The position numbers and the translations under genes are program-made. DNA of 64,000 bases from an uncultured virus (IMG/VR IMGVR_UViG_3300015262_000011). Taxonomy: Duplodnaviria; Heunggongvirae; Uroviricota; Caudoviricetes. Location: the IMG/VR virus record IMGVR_UViG_3300015262_000011, one strand, 5' to 3'. Each line of letters starts with the position of its first letter. Position 1 is the first letter of the stretch. The notes under the pieces were generated by a model. That model saw nothing but the letters and a program-made list of their open reading frames with translations, had not been told where the DNA came from and ran no database searches. Below are positions 1-7,899 of this stretch, piece by piece.

Positions 1-5
1 GCGAG

Positions 6-35
6 CGCCCCGCCTGCTTACCTCAGGCGGGGCGC
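6..35. terminator. Hairpin / intrinsic terminator downstream of the first DUF6221 gene
   Basis: GCGCCCCGCCTG-cttacct-CAGGCGGGGCGC inverted repeat. Confidence 0.55.
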
Positions 36-48
36 CGTGACGTTCTGG

Positions 49-432
49 CTACGCGAACCACTCTGCTCGGAAGCCCGGATGATCCTTGTAGTGGGTCGCC
101 CAGGTCTGCACCAGCAGCCTCCGGACGGACTGGGCGCCCTCGGCCCACTCTGTGCGATGCCCAGCCTCATCCATTACTTGCCGCTCGCGGACGAAGTCGT
201 CCACGATGGCGCGCTTGAAGGTGAGTTCGGCGAGGACATGCGCCGGATCATGACGGACGATGTGTTCGGCGATACCGGTCCAGTAGGCGGAGGCGCATTC
301 TTCTGCCCGGTCGCCTTCAGTGGCGACGATGACGCCGGTCCCTCCGATCTGCCGGAAACTATCGCCCGCCCTACGGGCCACCCGCTCGTCCTCGTTAAGC
401 CGGTCGCGCAGCCACTGCACGAGATCGTCCAT
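49..432 (-). CDS. DUF6221-family protein (copy 1)
   Basis: MDDLVQWLRDRL...HIVRHDPAHVLAE...YKDHPGFRAEW pattern; paralogous to 21048 and 41105 ORFs. Confidence 0.85.
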   Translation of the reverse strand: MDDLVQWLRDRLNEDERVARRAGDSFRQIGGTGVIVATEGDRAEECASAYWTGIAEHIVRHDPAHVLAELTFKRAIVDDFVRERQVMDEAGHRTEWAEGAQSVRRLLVQTWATHYKDHPGFRAEWFA

Positions 433-465
433 GCTCTTCCGTCTCTCCCTACATGTCGGCCCTGG

Positions 466-777
466 TCAGGTCGTTTCCGGCCGAGGTATGGCGCGGCATT
501 CGGCGGCGTGGCTCTGCGCCCAGTCGCGGGCATCGCGGTCGGCCGCTTCCGGGTCGCGCACCTTGTCGTCGAAGGTCATCCGCTTGACGACTCGCCAGTG
601 GTTGAATTCCTCGGCCGCCGGGCATCCGGTGCAGGTGGCGGAGGTGTGGTTGCGGTTCTCGCCGATCCCGTCGGGTGTGGGGTAGGTGCGGTTCCCGTGT
701 ACGAGGTCGACGGAACAGCCGCCGACGGTGAGGTAGCGGGCGATGACGCCCTCGGGCCAGCCAGTTGTTGTGGTCAT
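466..777 (-). CDS. Hypothetical phage protein with CxxC / HxxxC putative Zn motif
   Basis: Clean ORF, AAGGAGAAGGA RBS, CTGC...HAAEC. Confidence 0.75.
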   Translation of the reverse strand: MTTTTGWPEGVIARYLTVGGCSVDLVHGNRTYPTPDGIGENRNHTSATCTGCPAAEEFNHWRVVKRMTFDDKVRDPEAADRDARDWAQSHAAECRAIPRPETT

Positions 778-1001
778 TCCTTCTCCTTAGTTTCGTTTGG
801 GTTGATCCGATGTTGCTGACCGATCCGACGTGCAATCTCGGCCGCTTCGGCCCACTCCTGCGCCCGCTCTTCCAAGCTGGGCCGCATCTGCTCCTCAGCG
901 AGTTCGGACAACTCGTTGGCCTGCTCTTGAAGTGCGGTGACGATGGCATCGACCGCCGCGGCAATGGCGCCGCTGGCACCAGCTGGGCGAGCGTCGTTCA
1001 T
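774..1001 (-). CDS. Hypothetical helical protein
   Basis: ATG at 1001 after AAGGAG; overlaps both neighbours. Confidence 0.6.
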   Translation of the reverse strand: MNDARPAGASGAIAAAVDAIVTALQEQANELSELAEEQMRPSLEERAQEWAEAAEIARRIGQQHRINPNETKEKE

Positions 1002-1237
1002 TTGGTCTCCTTGTCTAGGTCGCTGCGGTGCCCCTTGCCGGGTCGTGCGGCGTTTGCGGCCTTGACCTGTTGGGGGTCGTAGAGGGCTTGTGCCCGGTGG
1101 CTCTCGGGGTGGGCGCGGAAGCTGTGGGCTCGCACCCCCATGCGGGATAGGGCGCCGCGTGCGCTGCTCGGCTGGATGCCGAGATGGGCGGCGACGTCGT
1201 CGATGGTCCAGAGGTCGGGCGGTCTTTCGTCTGCCAC
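998..1237 (-). CDS. Small HTH DNA-binding protein
   Basis: LWTIDDVAAHLGIQPSSARGALSR helix-turn-helix pattern. Confidence 0.75.
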   Translation of the reverse strand: MADERPPDLWTIDDVAAHLGIQPSSARGALSRMGVRAHSFRAHPESHRAQALYDPQQVKAANAARPGKGHRSDLDKETK

Positions 1238-1246
1238 TCCGACAGT

Positions 1247-1264
1247 TTGCAGCACGTGCTGCAA
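1247..1264. promoter_or_regulatory. Perfect 18-bp palindromic operator upstream of the HTH gene
   Basis: TTGCAGCACGTGCTGCAA. Confidence 0.65.
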
Positions 1265-1336
1265 GGTGCACTAGGTGGGAACCAGCCAGCATTCGGTTAG
1301 TTGCCCGTCGGGCCTCGCCGATAAGGAACCGGCGGG

Positions 1337-1555
1337 TCAGCGCTCACGACTTCCGGTTGGGCGGTCAGCAGGCGCGAGCGGCTCAATGAACCCCATCTGT
1401 TCCAGTACGGGCAGCCACGCCTCAAGCTCGTCTTCGCACTGGGCCCGGAAGCGCGCCGACGGCCCGGCCCAGCGAGGGCACGGCTCCTTGTGCCAAGCCT
1501 CGTATCTCATCTCGTAGCGGGCTCGGATCAGCTTCTCAATGCGGGGATCATCCAT
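1337..1555 (-). CDS. Hypothetical protein
   Basis: 72-aa ORF; -10-like CACAAT just before ATG (possibly leaderless). Confidence 0.5.
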   Translation of the reverse strand: MDDPRIEKLIRARYEMRYEAWHKEPCPRWAGPSARFRAQCEDELEAWLPVLEQMGFIEPLAPADRPTGSRER

Positions 1556-1601
1556 ACCTCATTGTGGCCCGTTGTCAGACCCGCCGCCTAAGATCAGACG
1601 C

Positions 1602-1805
1602 ATGCCCCCCACGCCGTCGGATTCGGCCCCGCTGCGCTCTGCCGCCGAGCAGGTGGCCGAGCGTATCGCCGAGCTGAACGAGCGGATCCGCGCGCTGTTC
1701 CCGCACCGGGACGTGCGGCTCACCGACGAGCAGAGGGCGACCTACCGGGAGCTGCTGGCGGAGCTGGAGCGGGTGAAGCGCGGGGACATCACCACCGCGG
1801 CGTGA
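1602..1805 (+). CDS. Small hypothetical protein
   Basis: RSAAE...LNERIRALF...Y.ELL; TAAGAT shortly before ATG. Confidence 0.6.
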   Translation: MPPTPSDSAPLRSAAEQVAERIAELNERIRALFPHRDVRLTDEQRATYRELLAELERVKRGDITTAA

Positions 1806-1894
1806 TTACTTTGCGGGTATCCGCAAAGTTACGGCTCTCTGCAGGCCAGGACCATGTTGCGGAGGTGCGCAACAGGCCGACGTAGGATCCCCGG

Positions 1895-2122
1895 GTGCCA
1901 CACACTTTCGACGACCTCATCACCCTGGAGCGTGCCGCTGTCGACGCGCACGCCCGCCTCGCCACCGCCGACGACCGTGATGCGGCAAGGGCGGCAGCCG
2001 TCGACGCTGCAGCCGCCTTCCAGGCCGCCGTCACCGAATACGCGGCAGCCGAGGGCGAATCGCGGGTCGAGGTGGAGATGCGGGTGAAGAAGGCCGTGCG
2101 ACACCCGGAGCCGACGGCCTGA
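1895..2122 (+). CDS. Small helical hypothetical protein
   Basis: 75-aa ORF ending VEMRVKKAVRHPEPTA, followed by a hairpin. Confidence 0.7.
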   Translation: MPHTFDDLITLERAAVDAHARLATADDRDAARAAAVDAAAAFQAAVTEYAAAEGESRVEVEMRVKKAVRHPEPTA

Positions 2123-2196
2123 CAGCAGCCCGCCCCGGCTGCATCACGGCCGGGGCGGCACCAGCGCCAGAGCATGGACTGGTTGTTCCGATCAGC

Positions 2197-2403
2197 TTAC
2201 GGGCCAGGGCTGACAACAGCGGGCCACTCGTCCAGCGTCTGCCCGGTCTCCTCGTCGACGAGGACGATCCGCACCCCGCCGACACCCCAGTCGCTCACCC
2301 ATGCCCGGAACTTGTCGCGGGCCGTCGCCTCACGCGCCCACCAGCCATGCATGGCCGGACGGCCGGCGGCAGACAGGGTGAGGTGGAAGCGGGAGGCGTT
2401 CAT
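2197..2403 (-). CDS. Small hypothetical protein (start uncertain)
   Basis: RFHLTL...GWWAREATA...VLVDEETG..LDEWP. Confidence 0.65.
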   Translation of the reverse strand: MNASRFHLTLSAAGRPAMHGWWAREATARDKFRAWVSDWGVGGVRIVLVDEETGQTLDEWPAVVSPGP

Positions 2404-2504
2404 GGGAGCCGTCATGGGAGGCATCATGAGCGACGACACCGCCTGGGGATGAACCCGGACAGCACGACGCCCCCGCAGCCAAGACTGCGGGGGCGTTCGC
2501 ATGC

Positions 2505-3524
2505 TCACAGGCCGATGTCCTCGCTGGCAGCGTCGGTCCATTTGTCGGCTTCGCGAATGTACCCCCAGAAGGCGGGGCTGTTGTCGGCGTGCCCGGACTG
2601 GGCGCGGATCTTCTCTTCGCGTTTTCCGGCCCGGCGGCTGGTGGTGATGAATCCGGCTCGCATGCTGTGGCCGGTGAGTCGGACGGCGACGCCTGCGCGT
2701 TCGGCGTTGCGGGCGATGATCTCGCGGACGGCTTCCGGCGAGAGGGCACGGTCGCCGACGTGTCCCCAGACGTCGATGGGCAGGAAGGCGGGCCCGGCGG
2801 TGATCCCGGCTGCGGCTCGCCAGGTGAGCCAGGCGCGGACGGGGCAGGTGTCGACGTTCTTGCCGCAGGAGACGACGACGTCGCGGGGAGGGCGGCCCTT
2901 CACGGCGGGCACGTGGACTTCGAGCCCCTGGCTCACGTGGACGATGGCCTCGGCGCGGAGGGCGGCGACTTCGGCGGAGCGTCCGGCGATGGCGAAGGCC
3001 ATGAGCCAGAGGGCGCGGTCGCGGAGTCCGGTGAGTCCGTCGGCGACGGCGGCGTTCATCTGGCGGAGCTGCTCGGGCGTGACGGCTGCCGCCTTGCCTC
3101 GGCCGCGTGCTTGCCGTTCGGGGTCGTTCTTCAGCGGCTTGAGGGCTTGGCGGGCGGCGACGGTGGCGGCCTTGGGGACTTCGATGCCGTGTTCGTTCCG
3201 TGCGGTGACGGTGACGCCGGTGATGCGCCGGTCGATCGAGTTGGGTGCGGCCGCCTTGATGGTGTCGAGCCAGACGACGAACCCGACGAGCGTGCCCTTG
3301 GTGACGGCGGTGGACGGGAGGCGGCTGCCGGTGCGCTCCCCCAGCCAGTCGTGGAACTCTTCCCAGAGTGCCCAGTCGTTGGCGTAGCCGCGCTTGGTGT
3401 TGTGGGGGCGGATGGCGTCGAGGTGCTTCTCGGCTGCTTCTTCCATGGCGGCCAGGACGGCGAGCGTCGCAGCGTCGTAGGCGGCGGGGGTGGCGTCCGG
3501 CTGGCGCGGGACGAGGTCGGTCAT
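2505..3524 (-). CDS. Cre-like tyrosine recombinase / resolvase
   Basis: N-terminal NTKRGYANDWALWEEF; catalytic RDRAL..AGRSAEV, K, LTGHSMRAGF, QSGH, FWGY; no arm-binding domain; GGAGGG RBS. Confidence 0.92.
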   Translation of the reverse strand: MTDLVPRQPDATPAAYDAATLAVLAAMEEAAEKHLDAIRPHNTKRGYANDWALWEEFHDWLGERTGSRLPSTAVTKGTLVGFVVWLDTIKAAAPNSIDRRITGVTVTARNEHGIEVPKAATVAARQALKPLKNDPERQARGRGKAAAVTPEQLRQMNAAVADGLTGLRDRALWLMAFAIAGRSAEVAALRAEAIVHVSQGLEVHVPAVKGRPPRDVVVSCGKNVDTCPVRAWLTWRAAAGITAGPAFLPIDVWGHVGDRALSPEAVREIIARNAERAGVAVRLTGHSMRAGFITTSRRAGKREEKIRAQSGHADNSPAFWGYIREADKWTDAASEDIGL

Positions 3525-3670
3525 CCCTTTCCCTCCCGCCGTGCGTGCATCCGGTTCTTGATCTGCTGCTGGGTGGGCGGCTGCCAGGTGTGGCTTCCGT
3601 CTCGGCCGACCTGGATGGCGTGGCCGCGCTGTTCGATGCCGCACAGACGGCAGCCGTTCGGGCTGATCAT
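3521..3670 (-). CDS. Small Zn-binding hypothetical protein
   Basis: PNGCRLCGI...H...HTWQPPT; ATGA overlap with recombinase. Confidence 0.65.
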   Translation of the reverse strand: MISPNGCRLCGIEQRGHAIQVGRDGSHTWQPPTQQQIKNRMHARREGKG

Positions 3671-4011
3671 GCGCGTGCCTTTCGGATTGCGGGCCAAGAC
3701 CAGCCGTGCCGTGTCCGGTGCTTGCCGTCGTGTCCTGCAGTTTGATTGCACTTGCGGGGCTCGTACCGCGAGGGCACCAGATGGGCAGGGCCGCCCATGT
3801 CGTCGCATTCGGGTTCGCCCGGGTTGGCGAAGCACCTGAACCAGTCCAAATGCAGGAGCGTGGACGCGTCGTCTCGGTAGCACATGTGGGCGGTGCAACT
3901 GCCGCAGAATTCGCACTCGCTGCATTCATCGAGCCGCCACGGGGCGACGAGGATGCCGAAGTGGGCGGTGTAGCGGCGGTTCGCGCACGGCGTCTCCCAG
4001 GGGCGGCCCAT
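3667..4011 (-). CDS. Cys/His-rich hypothetical protein
   Basis: Multiple CxxC; coupled overlap. Confidence 0.55.
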   Translation of the reverse strand: MGRPWETPCANRRYTAHFGILVAPWRLDECSECEFCGSCTAHMCYRDDASTLLHLDWFRCFANPGEPECDDMGGPAHLVPSRYEPRKCNQTAGHDGKHRTRHGWSWPAIRKARA

Positions 4012-4012
4012 G

Positions 4013-4240
4013 TCAGGCCCTCCCGTCGGGCAGGGAGGTGGTGCTCGGGACTTCGTCGGCCCGGATCAGGCGATGCGCGTTCCCCCGGGCTGCGGCGAAC
4101 GCGAACTCCTCCGGGGTCAGCGCGTCCTCGCCCTCGGGTAGGTAGAGAGATCCGTCTTCGTAGACCAGGGCGATGCACGTGGTGGCGTTGCGCGGGTTGA
4201 TCACCTCGTACCAGCCCGGACCGGAGTTCACCTCAGACAT
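4013..4240 (-). CDS. Hypothetical protein
   Basis: MSEVNSGPGWYEV...; operonic position. Confidence 0.55.
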   Translation of the reverse strand: MSEVNSGPGWYEVINPRNATTCIALVYEDGSLYLPEGEDALTPEEFAFAAARGNAHRLIRADEVPSTTSLPDGRA

Positions 4241-4517
4241 GGCCGACGTCCCCGACTGGACCCGCTTGCAGCGGAGGGTCCGACAGGAGGCTTCCGTCGC
4301 GGTCGACGAGGACGAGGCTGTGGAAGTGCCAGCGGCCGAGGAGGTAGCGGCCAACCGGGCGCCCCTCACCTAGGGTGGCCACGGAGTGCACACCCATGTA
4401 GTGGATACGGTGCAGGATGTCGCACTGGTCGCCGTCTGGGCAGTCCGCGGGGTGGGGCCAGCTCGTTGTGCGCCCCTCATCCGTGTCGGTGATGGTCAGG
4501 TAGTGCGGTGTGTTCAT
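4233..4517 (-). CDS. Hypothetical protein
   Basis: 94-aa ORF with AGGAAG RBS. Confidence 0.6.
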   Translation of the reverse strand: MNTPHYLTITDTDEGRTTSWPHPADCPDGDQCDILHRIHYMGVHSVATLGEGRPVGRYLLGRWHFHSLVLVDRDGSLLSDPPLQAGPVGDVGHV

Positions 4518-4577
4518 GCCGTCTCTTCCTGTGTGCCCGGAGGGTCGTGCACGACCCTCCGGGCGGGTTCCGGTGGG

Positions 4578-4757
4578 TCAGTGGTTGCAGGTGCCGTTGG
4601 CGCAGGCGTCGCCGCAGCGCTCGAAGGTCTGGCCGAACAGCGGCCCTGTGATCTTGTTGGCGGCTCGCACTCCCTTGTCACCGGCGACCTTCTGTCCCGC
4701 TCGGGCCACAGCTGCGGCGGCAGAGTCAGCGGCCTGCGAGACCTTGCGTCCGAACAT
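4578..4757 (-). CDS. Small hypothetical protein with C-terminal CxxC...CxxxxC
   Basis: GGAGG RBS; MFGRKVS...FERCGDACANGTCNH. Confidence 0.65.
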   Translation of the reverse strand: MFGRKVSQAADSAAAAVARAGQKVAGDKGVRAANKITGPLFGQTFERCGDACANGTCNH

Positions 4758-4796
4758 GATTCCTCCAGTGTTGAGGTGGGTGACTCTCCAATAAAC

Positions 4797-4817
4797 GTAC
4801 ATGGCGTCGCCATGTAC
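4797..4817. promoter_or_regulatory. Palindromic operator in divergent promoter region
   Basis: GTACATGGCG-t-CGCCATGTAC lying between TTGATG and TACGTT on the minus strand. Confidence 0.7.
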
Positions 4818-4845
4818 ATCAAGCCCCGATGGTAATCTCGTCTTC

Positions 4846-5085
4846 ATGGACCCCAACCTCGAAGACCAACCGATCGCGGTCGCCCGCGCCAACATCTCCA
4901 AGCTGCACAACGCCGTGCAGCTACTCAGGCGCGTCTACTTCCTCACCAGTAGGGGCACCCGCGAAGCCGCTGTCGTGCCCGTCGACCTTGGCGAGTTGAT
5001 CCAGGAAGTCGGCGGGCCGGACAATGCGGTTGCGATCCTCAAGGATCACTTGGATGACGCCACCCCTTCGAGTTCGGAGCGCTAG
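4846..5085 (+). CDS. Phd/YefM-antitoxin-like DNA-binding protein
   Basis: IAVARANISKL..AV....VYFLTSRGTREAAVVPVD resembles the Phd N-terminal fold. Confidence 0.7.
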   Translation: MDPNLEDQPIAVARANISKLHNAVQLLRRVYFLTSRGTREAAVVPVDLGELIQEVGGPDNAVAILKDHLDDATPSSSER

Positions 5086-5194
5086 CCGGAGTCGGACAAT
5101 CACCCCAAATAATGCCCGCGATATGGCATGTTATCGAGAGCCGTCGGCTCCAACGGGGCGCGCTTCACAAGACGTTATGCGCTAGCCCTGCCTC

Positions 5195-5223
5195 TTGCGT
5201 GTCCAGCACTGGACATGTAGTTT
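5195..5223 (+). promoter_or_regulatory. Sigma70/HrdB-like promoter with internal operator
   Basis: TTGCGT-17 nt-TAGTTT with palindrome TGTCCAG-ca-CTGGACA (5200-5215). Confidence 0.6.
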
Positions 5224-5230
5224 GATGGAC

Positions 5231-5824
5231 ATGACGCGACAGACCAGTGCACCCCTCGAACACTTGAACCTGAACACAGCCGACCGACAGGCCCGCGAGA
5301 TTGCCCGCTCGTTCAGCGAGTTCGGCCTCGACCTCAACCCGCCCTACCAGCGCGGCCGGGTCTGGACCGAGGACCAGCAGATCGCACTCATTCGGTCGTG
5401 GCTCACCGGTACGCCCACCGGAGTGGTCATCTTCAATGACCGCTGCACCCCGGAATGGAAGGACGCCAACGGCTACGACCCCGCCGACCGTGACGAGGCC
5501 ATCTACGCCTGCATCGACGGGCAGCAGCGCATCAGCACCGCCCGAGCCTGGTTCGCCGACGAGCTGGCCGTGCCCGCATCGTGGTTCGCGGCGGAGGACG
5601 TGACGAAGACCGAGGACACCGACGACGGACCCTACGTCTGGTGGACCGGGCTGACGTTGCCCCGACAGCGGCACTTCGCCAACCGGGCGCACCTGACCGT
5701 CGCGACCGCTCGTGTCGCCACCATCCAGGAGGAGGCCGCGATCTACCTCCTCGTCAATGGTGGCGGCACCCCGCAGACCGACGCCGACATGGCGAACGCC
5801 GCGCGAGTGGCGGGTCAGCAGTGA
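5231..5824 (+). CDS. Stand-alone DUF262 (ParB/Srx-like, GmrS-type) domain protein
   Basis: LNPPYQRGRVW...LIRSW...P.G...CIDGQQR signature. Confidence 0.88.
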   Translation: MTRQTSAPLEHLNLNTADRQAREIARSFSEFGLDLNPPYQRGRVWTEDQQIALIRSWLTGTPTGVVIFNDRCTPEWKDANGYDPADRDEAIYACIDGQQRISTARAWFADELAVPASWFAAEDVTKTEDTDDGPYVWWTGLTLPRQRHFANRAHLTVATARVATIQEEAAIYLLVNGGGTPQTDADMANAARVAGQQ

Positions 5825-6039
5825 GCGAGCAGCGCGAGAAGCTGACCCACCGGGCCGAGGAACTGCGTGACCAGCGCGCGTCGGTTGCCGACCAGCTCAA
5901 GGACGTGGCCGCCGAGCTGTGGCGGGACGGTCTGGAGAACGTCCGGGAGCTCGGGCGGCTCACCGGACTGTCCCGCACCACGCTGTACGCCGCCCTCCGC
6001 GAACGCGGCATCGAGCCCACCGACCGCACCGACAGGTAG
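5821..6039 (+). CDS. Small HTH protein
   Basis: NVRELGRLTGLSRTTLYAAL; 4-nt overlap with the DUF262 gene. Confidence 0.75.
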   Translation: MSEQREKLTHRAEELRDQRASVADQLKDVAAELWRDGLENVRELGRLTGLSRTTLYAALRERGIEPTDRTDR

Positions 6040-6132
6040 GAGGCTGGGGGGTGTGCCCGCGCGGCTGCGGCACGTCGGCGCCCCCGCCAGCATCCGCAAC
6101 CACCTCAACCGCCACCACAAGGAGGACTGACC

Positions 6133-6333
6133 ATGGCGACCCGCTACGGCTGGGATGACGACGTGCGGCATCACCTGTCGCAGATGATGCCCGGCCCCCA
6201 GGCTGACGATCTCGTAGCTGCGCTGAAGAAGGAGCACTCTCACGACATCGCCAAGAAGCTGCGAGCCATCCCCCTGTCCGGCGTGGAAGCCGGGGTACGG
6301 GACGCCCTCGTCGCCCAGATCGAGGCCGCCTGA
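6133..6333 (+). CDS. Hypothetical protein
   Basis: AAGGAGGA RBS. Confidence 0.65.
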   Translation: MATRYGWDDDVRHHLSQMMPGPQADDLVAALKKEHSHDIAKKLRAIPLSGVEAGVRDALVAQIEAA

Positions 6334-6391
6334 CGCCGCCTCCGTCGCCAACCGCATCCGCAAGCACCACACGAGCAAGGAGAGTTGATCT

Positions 6392-7309
6392 ATGGGACGT
6401 GAAGTCCGTCGAGTGGCCCTCGACTTCGACTGGCCGCTGAACAAGGTCTGGGAGGGCTTCCTGTCCCCCGACCGCTTCGACGAGGATCAGTGCCCGGACT
6501 GCAAGAGCGGCTACTCGCCGCAGGCGCAGAACCTGTACGGCCTCTGGTACGGGAAGATCCCCTTCGACCCGAACAGCACCGGCTCCACGCCGTGGGGCAT
6601 CGGCACTCCCGCCATCCGGGCGCGCGCCGAGCGGAACGTCGCCGACGCCCCGGAGTACTACGGCCGCGGCGAGGCAGCGATCGCCCGCGAAGCCCAGCGG
6701 CTCGCCGACCACTTCAACAACGGCTGGCTGCACCACATCAGCCAAGAGGACGTCGACGCCCTGATCGACGGTGGCCGCCTCTACGACTTCACCCACGTCG
6801 TCGTCCCCGGGAAGGGATGGCAGCCCAAGGACCCGCCCGTGAGGCCGACGGCCGCCGAGGTCAACGAATGGTCGCTGTCCGGCTTCGGGCACGACGGGAT
6901 CAACGCCCACGTCGTCATCAAGGCACGCTGCGAGCGCGAGGGCATCAGCGACACCTGCCCTACCTGCAAGGGACACGGCAGCATCGAGAAGTACAAGGGG
7001 CAGCGCGCCGAGGCCGAAGCGTGGGAGGCGAGCGACCCGCCGAAGGGCGACGGTTGGCAGCTGTGGGAGACCGTGAGTGAAGGGTCCCCGATCAGTCCGG
7101 TCTTCGCCGCCCCCGAGGGGCTCGCCGAGTGGATGGCTTCACCGGCGTATACGTGGGGCGCGGTAAAGAGTGACGCGGACAGGCCGTCCTACGAGACGGC
7201 GCTGCGGTTCGTGAGCGCGGGGTGGGCGCCCAGCTTTGCCAGCACAGTCAGTACGGGCGTCGTGTCCGGCGTCGAATGGGTCGGACACCACGCCGACGAC
7301 GAGAAGTGA
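6392..7309 (+). CDS. Phage protein with split CxxCxG Zn-finger motifs
   Basis: MGREVRRV..DFDWP; CPDCKSG, CPTCKGHG; WQLWETVSEGSPISPVF. Confidence 0.8.
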   Translation: MGREVRRVALDFDWPLNKVWEGFLSPDRFDEDQCPDCKSGYSPQAQNLYGLWYGKIPFDPNSTGSTPWGIGTPAIRARAERNVADAPEYYGRGEAAIAREAQRLADHFNNGWLHHISQEDVDALIDGGRLYDFTHVVVPGKGWQPKDPPVRPTAAEVNEWSLSGFGHDGINAHVVIKARCEREGISDTCPTCKGHGSIEKYKGQRAEAEAWEASDPPKGDGWQLWETVSEGSPISPVFAAPEGLAEWMASPAYTWGAVKSDADRPSYETALRFVSAGWAPSFASTVSTGVVSGVEWVGHHADDEK

Positions 7310-7371
7310 CGTGTGCCCAGCCTGCGGCTAACAGGCTGGGCCACGGTCCGACCCTAACCCGGACACGACGA

Positions 7372-7411
7372 AGCGCCCCCGCCACCTGCGCGAAGCAGGC
7401 GACGGGGGCGC
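7372..7411. terminator. Hairpin between convergent transcription units
   Basis: GCGCCCCCG.CCTGC-gcgaa-GCAGG.CGGGGGCGC. Confidence 0.55.
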
Positions 7412-7424
7412 GTCACGTGGCCGG

Positions 7425-7478
7425 TCAGCAGCCGAGGACGATGAGGATGTGCACCAGCACGTCCAGCACGACGGTCAC
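7425..7478 (-). CDS. Putative 17-aa hydrophobic peptide (MTVVLDVLVHILIVLGC)
   Basis: GGGAGGGAG RBS, GC3-rich codons, followed by a hairpin. Confidence 0.45.
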   Translation of the reverse strand: MTVVLDVLVHILIVLGC

Positions 7479-7532
7479 CTCCCTCCCGCAGGGCAGGGAT
7501 GGGGCAACCGGCCCATTGGGGTGGCCGGTGGT

Positions 7533-7694
7533 CTATGCGGCGAGGACGGCGCGGGCATCGCGCCGCCACTGGCGTTTCTCGCGGGCACGCTGCGTCTTCT
7601 TGTCCACGCCGTCATCCGGGCAGTCCCGACCGGCCGGGCTGCACCGGCAGGACGGGCAGAACGACGGATGGACGCGGCTGAGCATGCGCGCCAT
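7533..7694 (-). CDS. Small Cys-rich basic protein
   Basis: MARML...CPSCRC...RAREKRQWRR. Confidence 0.5.
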   Translation of the reverse strand: MARMLSRVHPSFCPSCRCSPAGRDCPDDGVDKKTQRAREKRQWRRDARAVLAA

Positions 7695-7899
7695 CAGTCG
7701 GCATCCGTGGGCAGCGGCGCCGACGCTGAGGGCACAGGCTGTTCGTCGATGCGGCCCATCCGTTCCAGCGATGCGGCGTCTGCGGCGGTCGTGTCGGGGC
7801 GCGGCGCACACTCAACAGGCGGCTCAACCATCCCCGCCCTCCTCCTCATCGGCCGGCCACGCCGGTTCACGGAACAGCCCCTGCCACTCGGCGGCCGGC

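Noticed and set aside
3525..4178. N-terminal extension of the recombinase in the ORF track (557 aa)
   Set aside because: Overlaps three better ORFs; the true start is at 3524 behind a strong RBS
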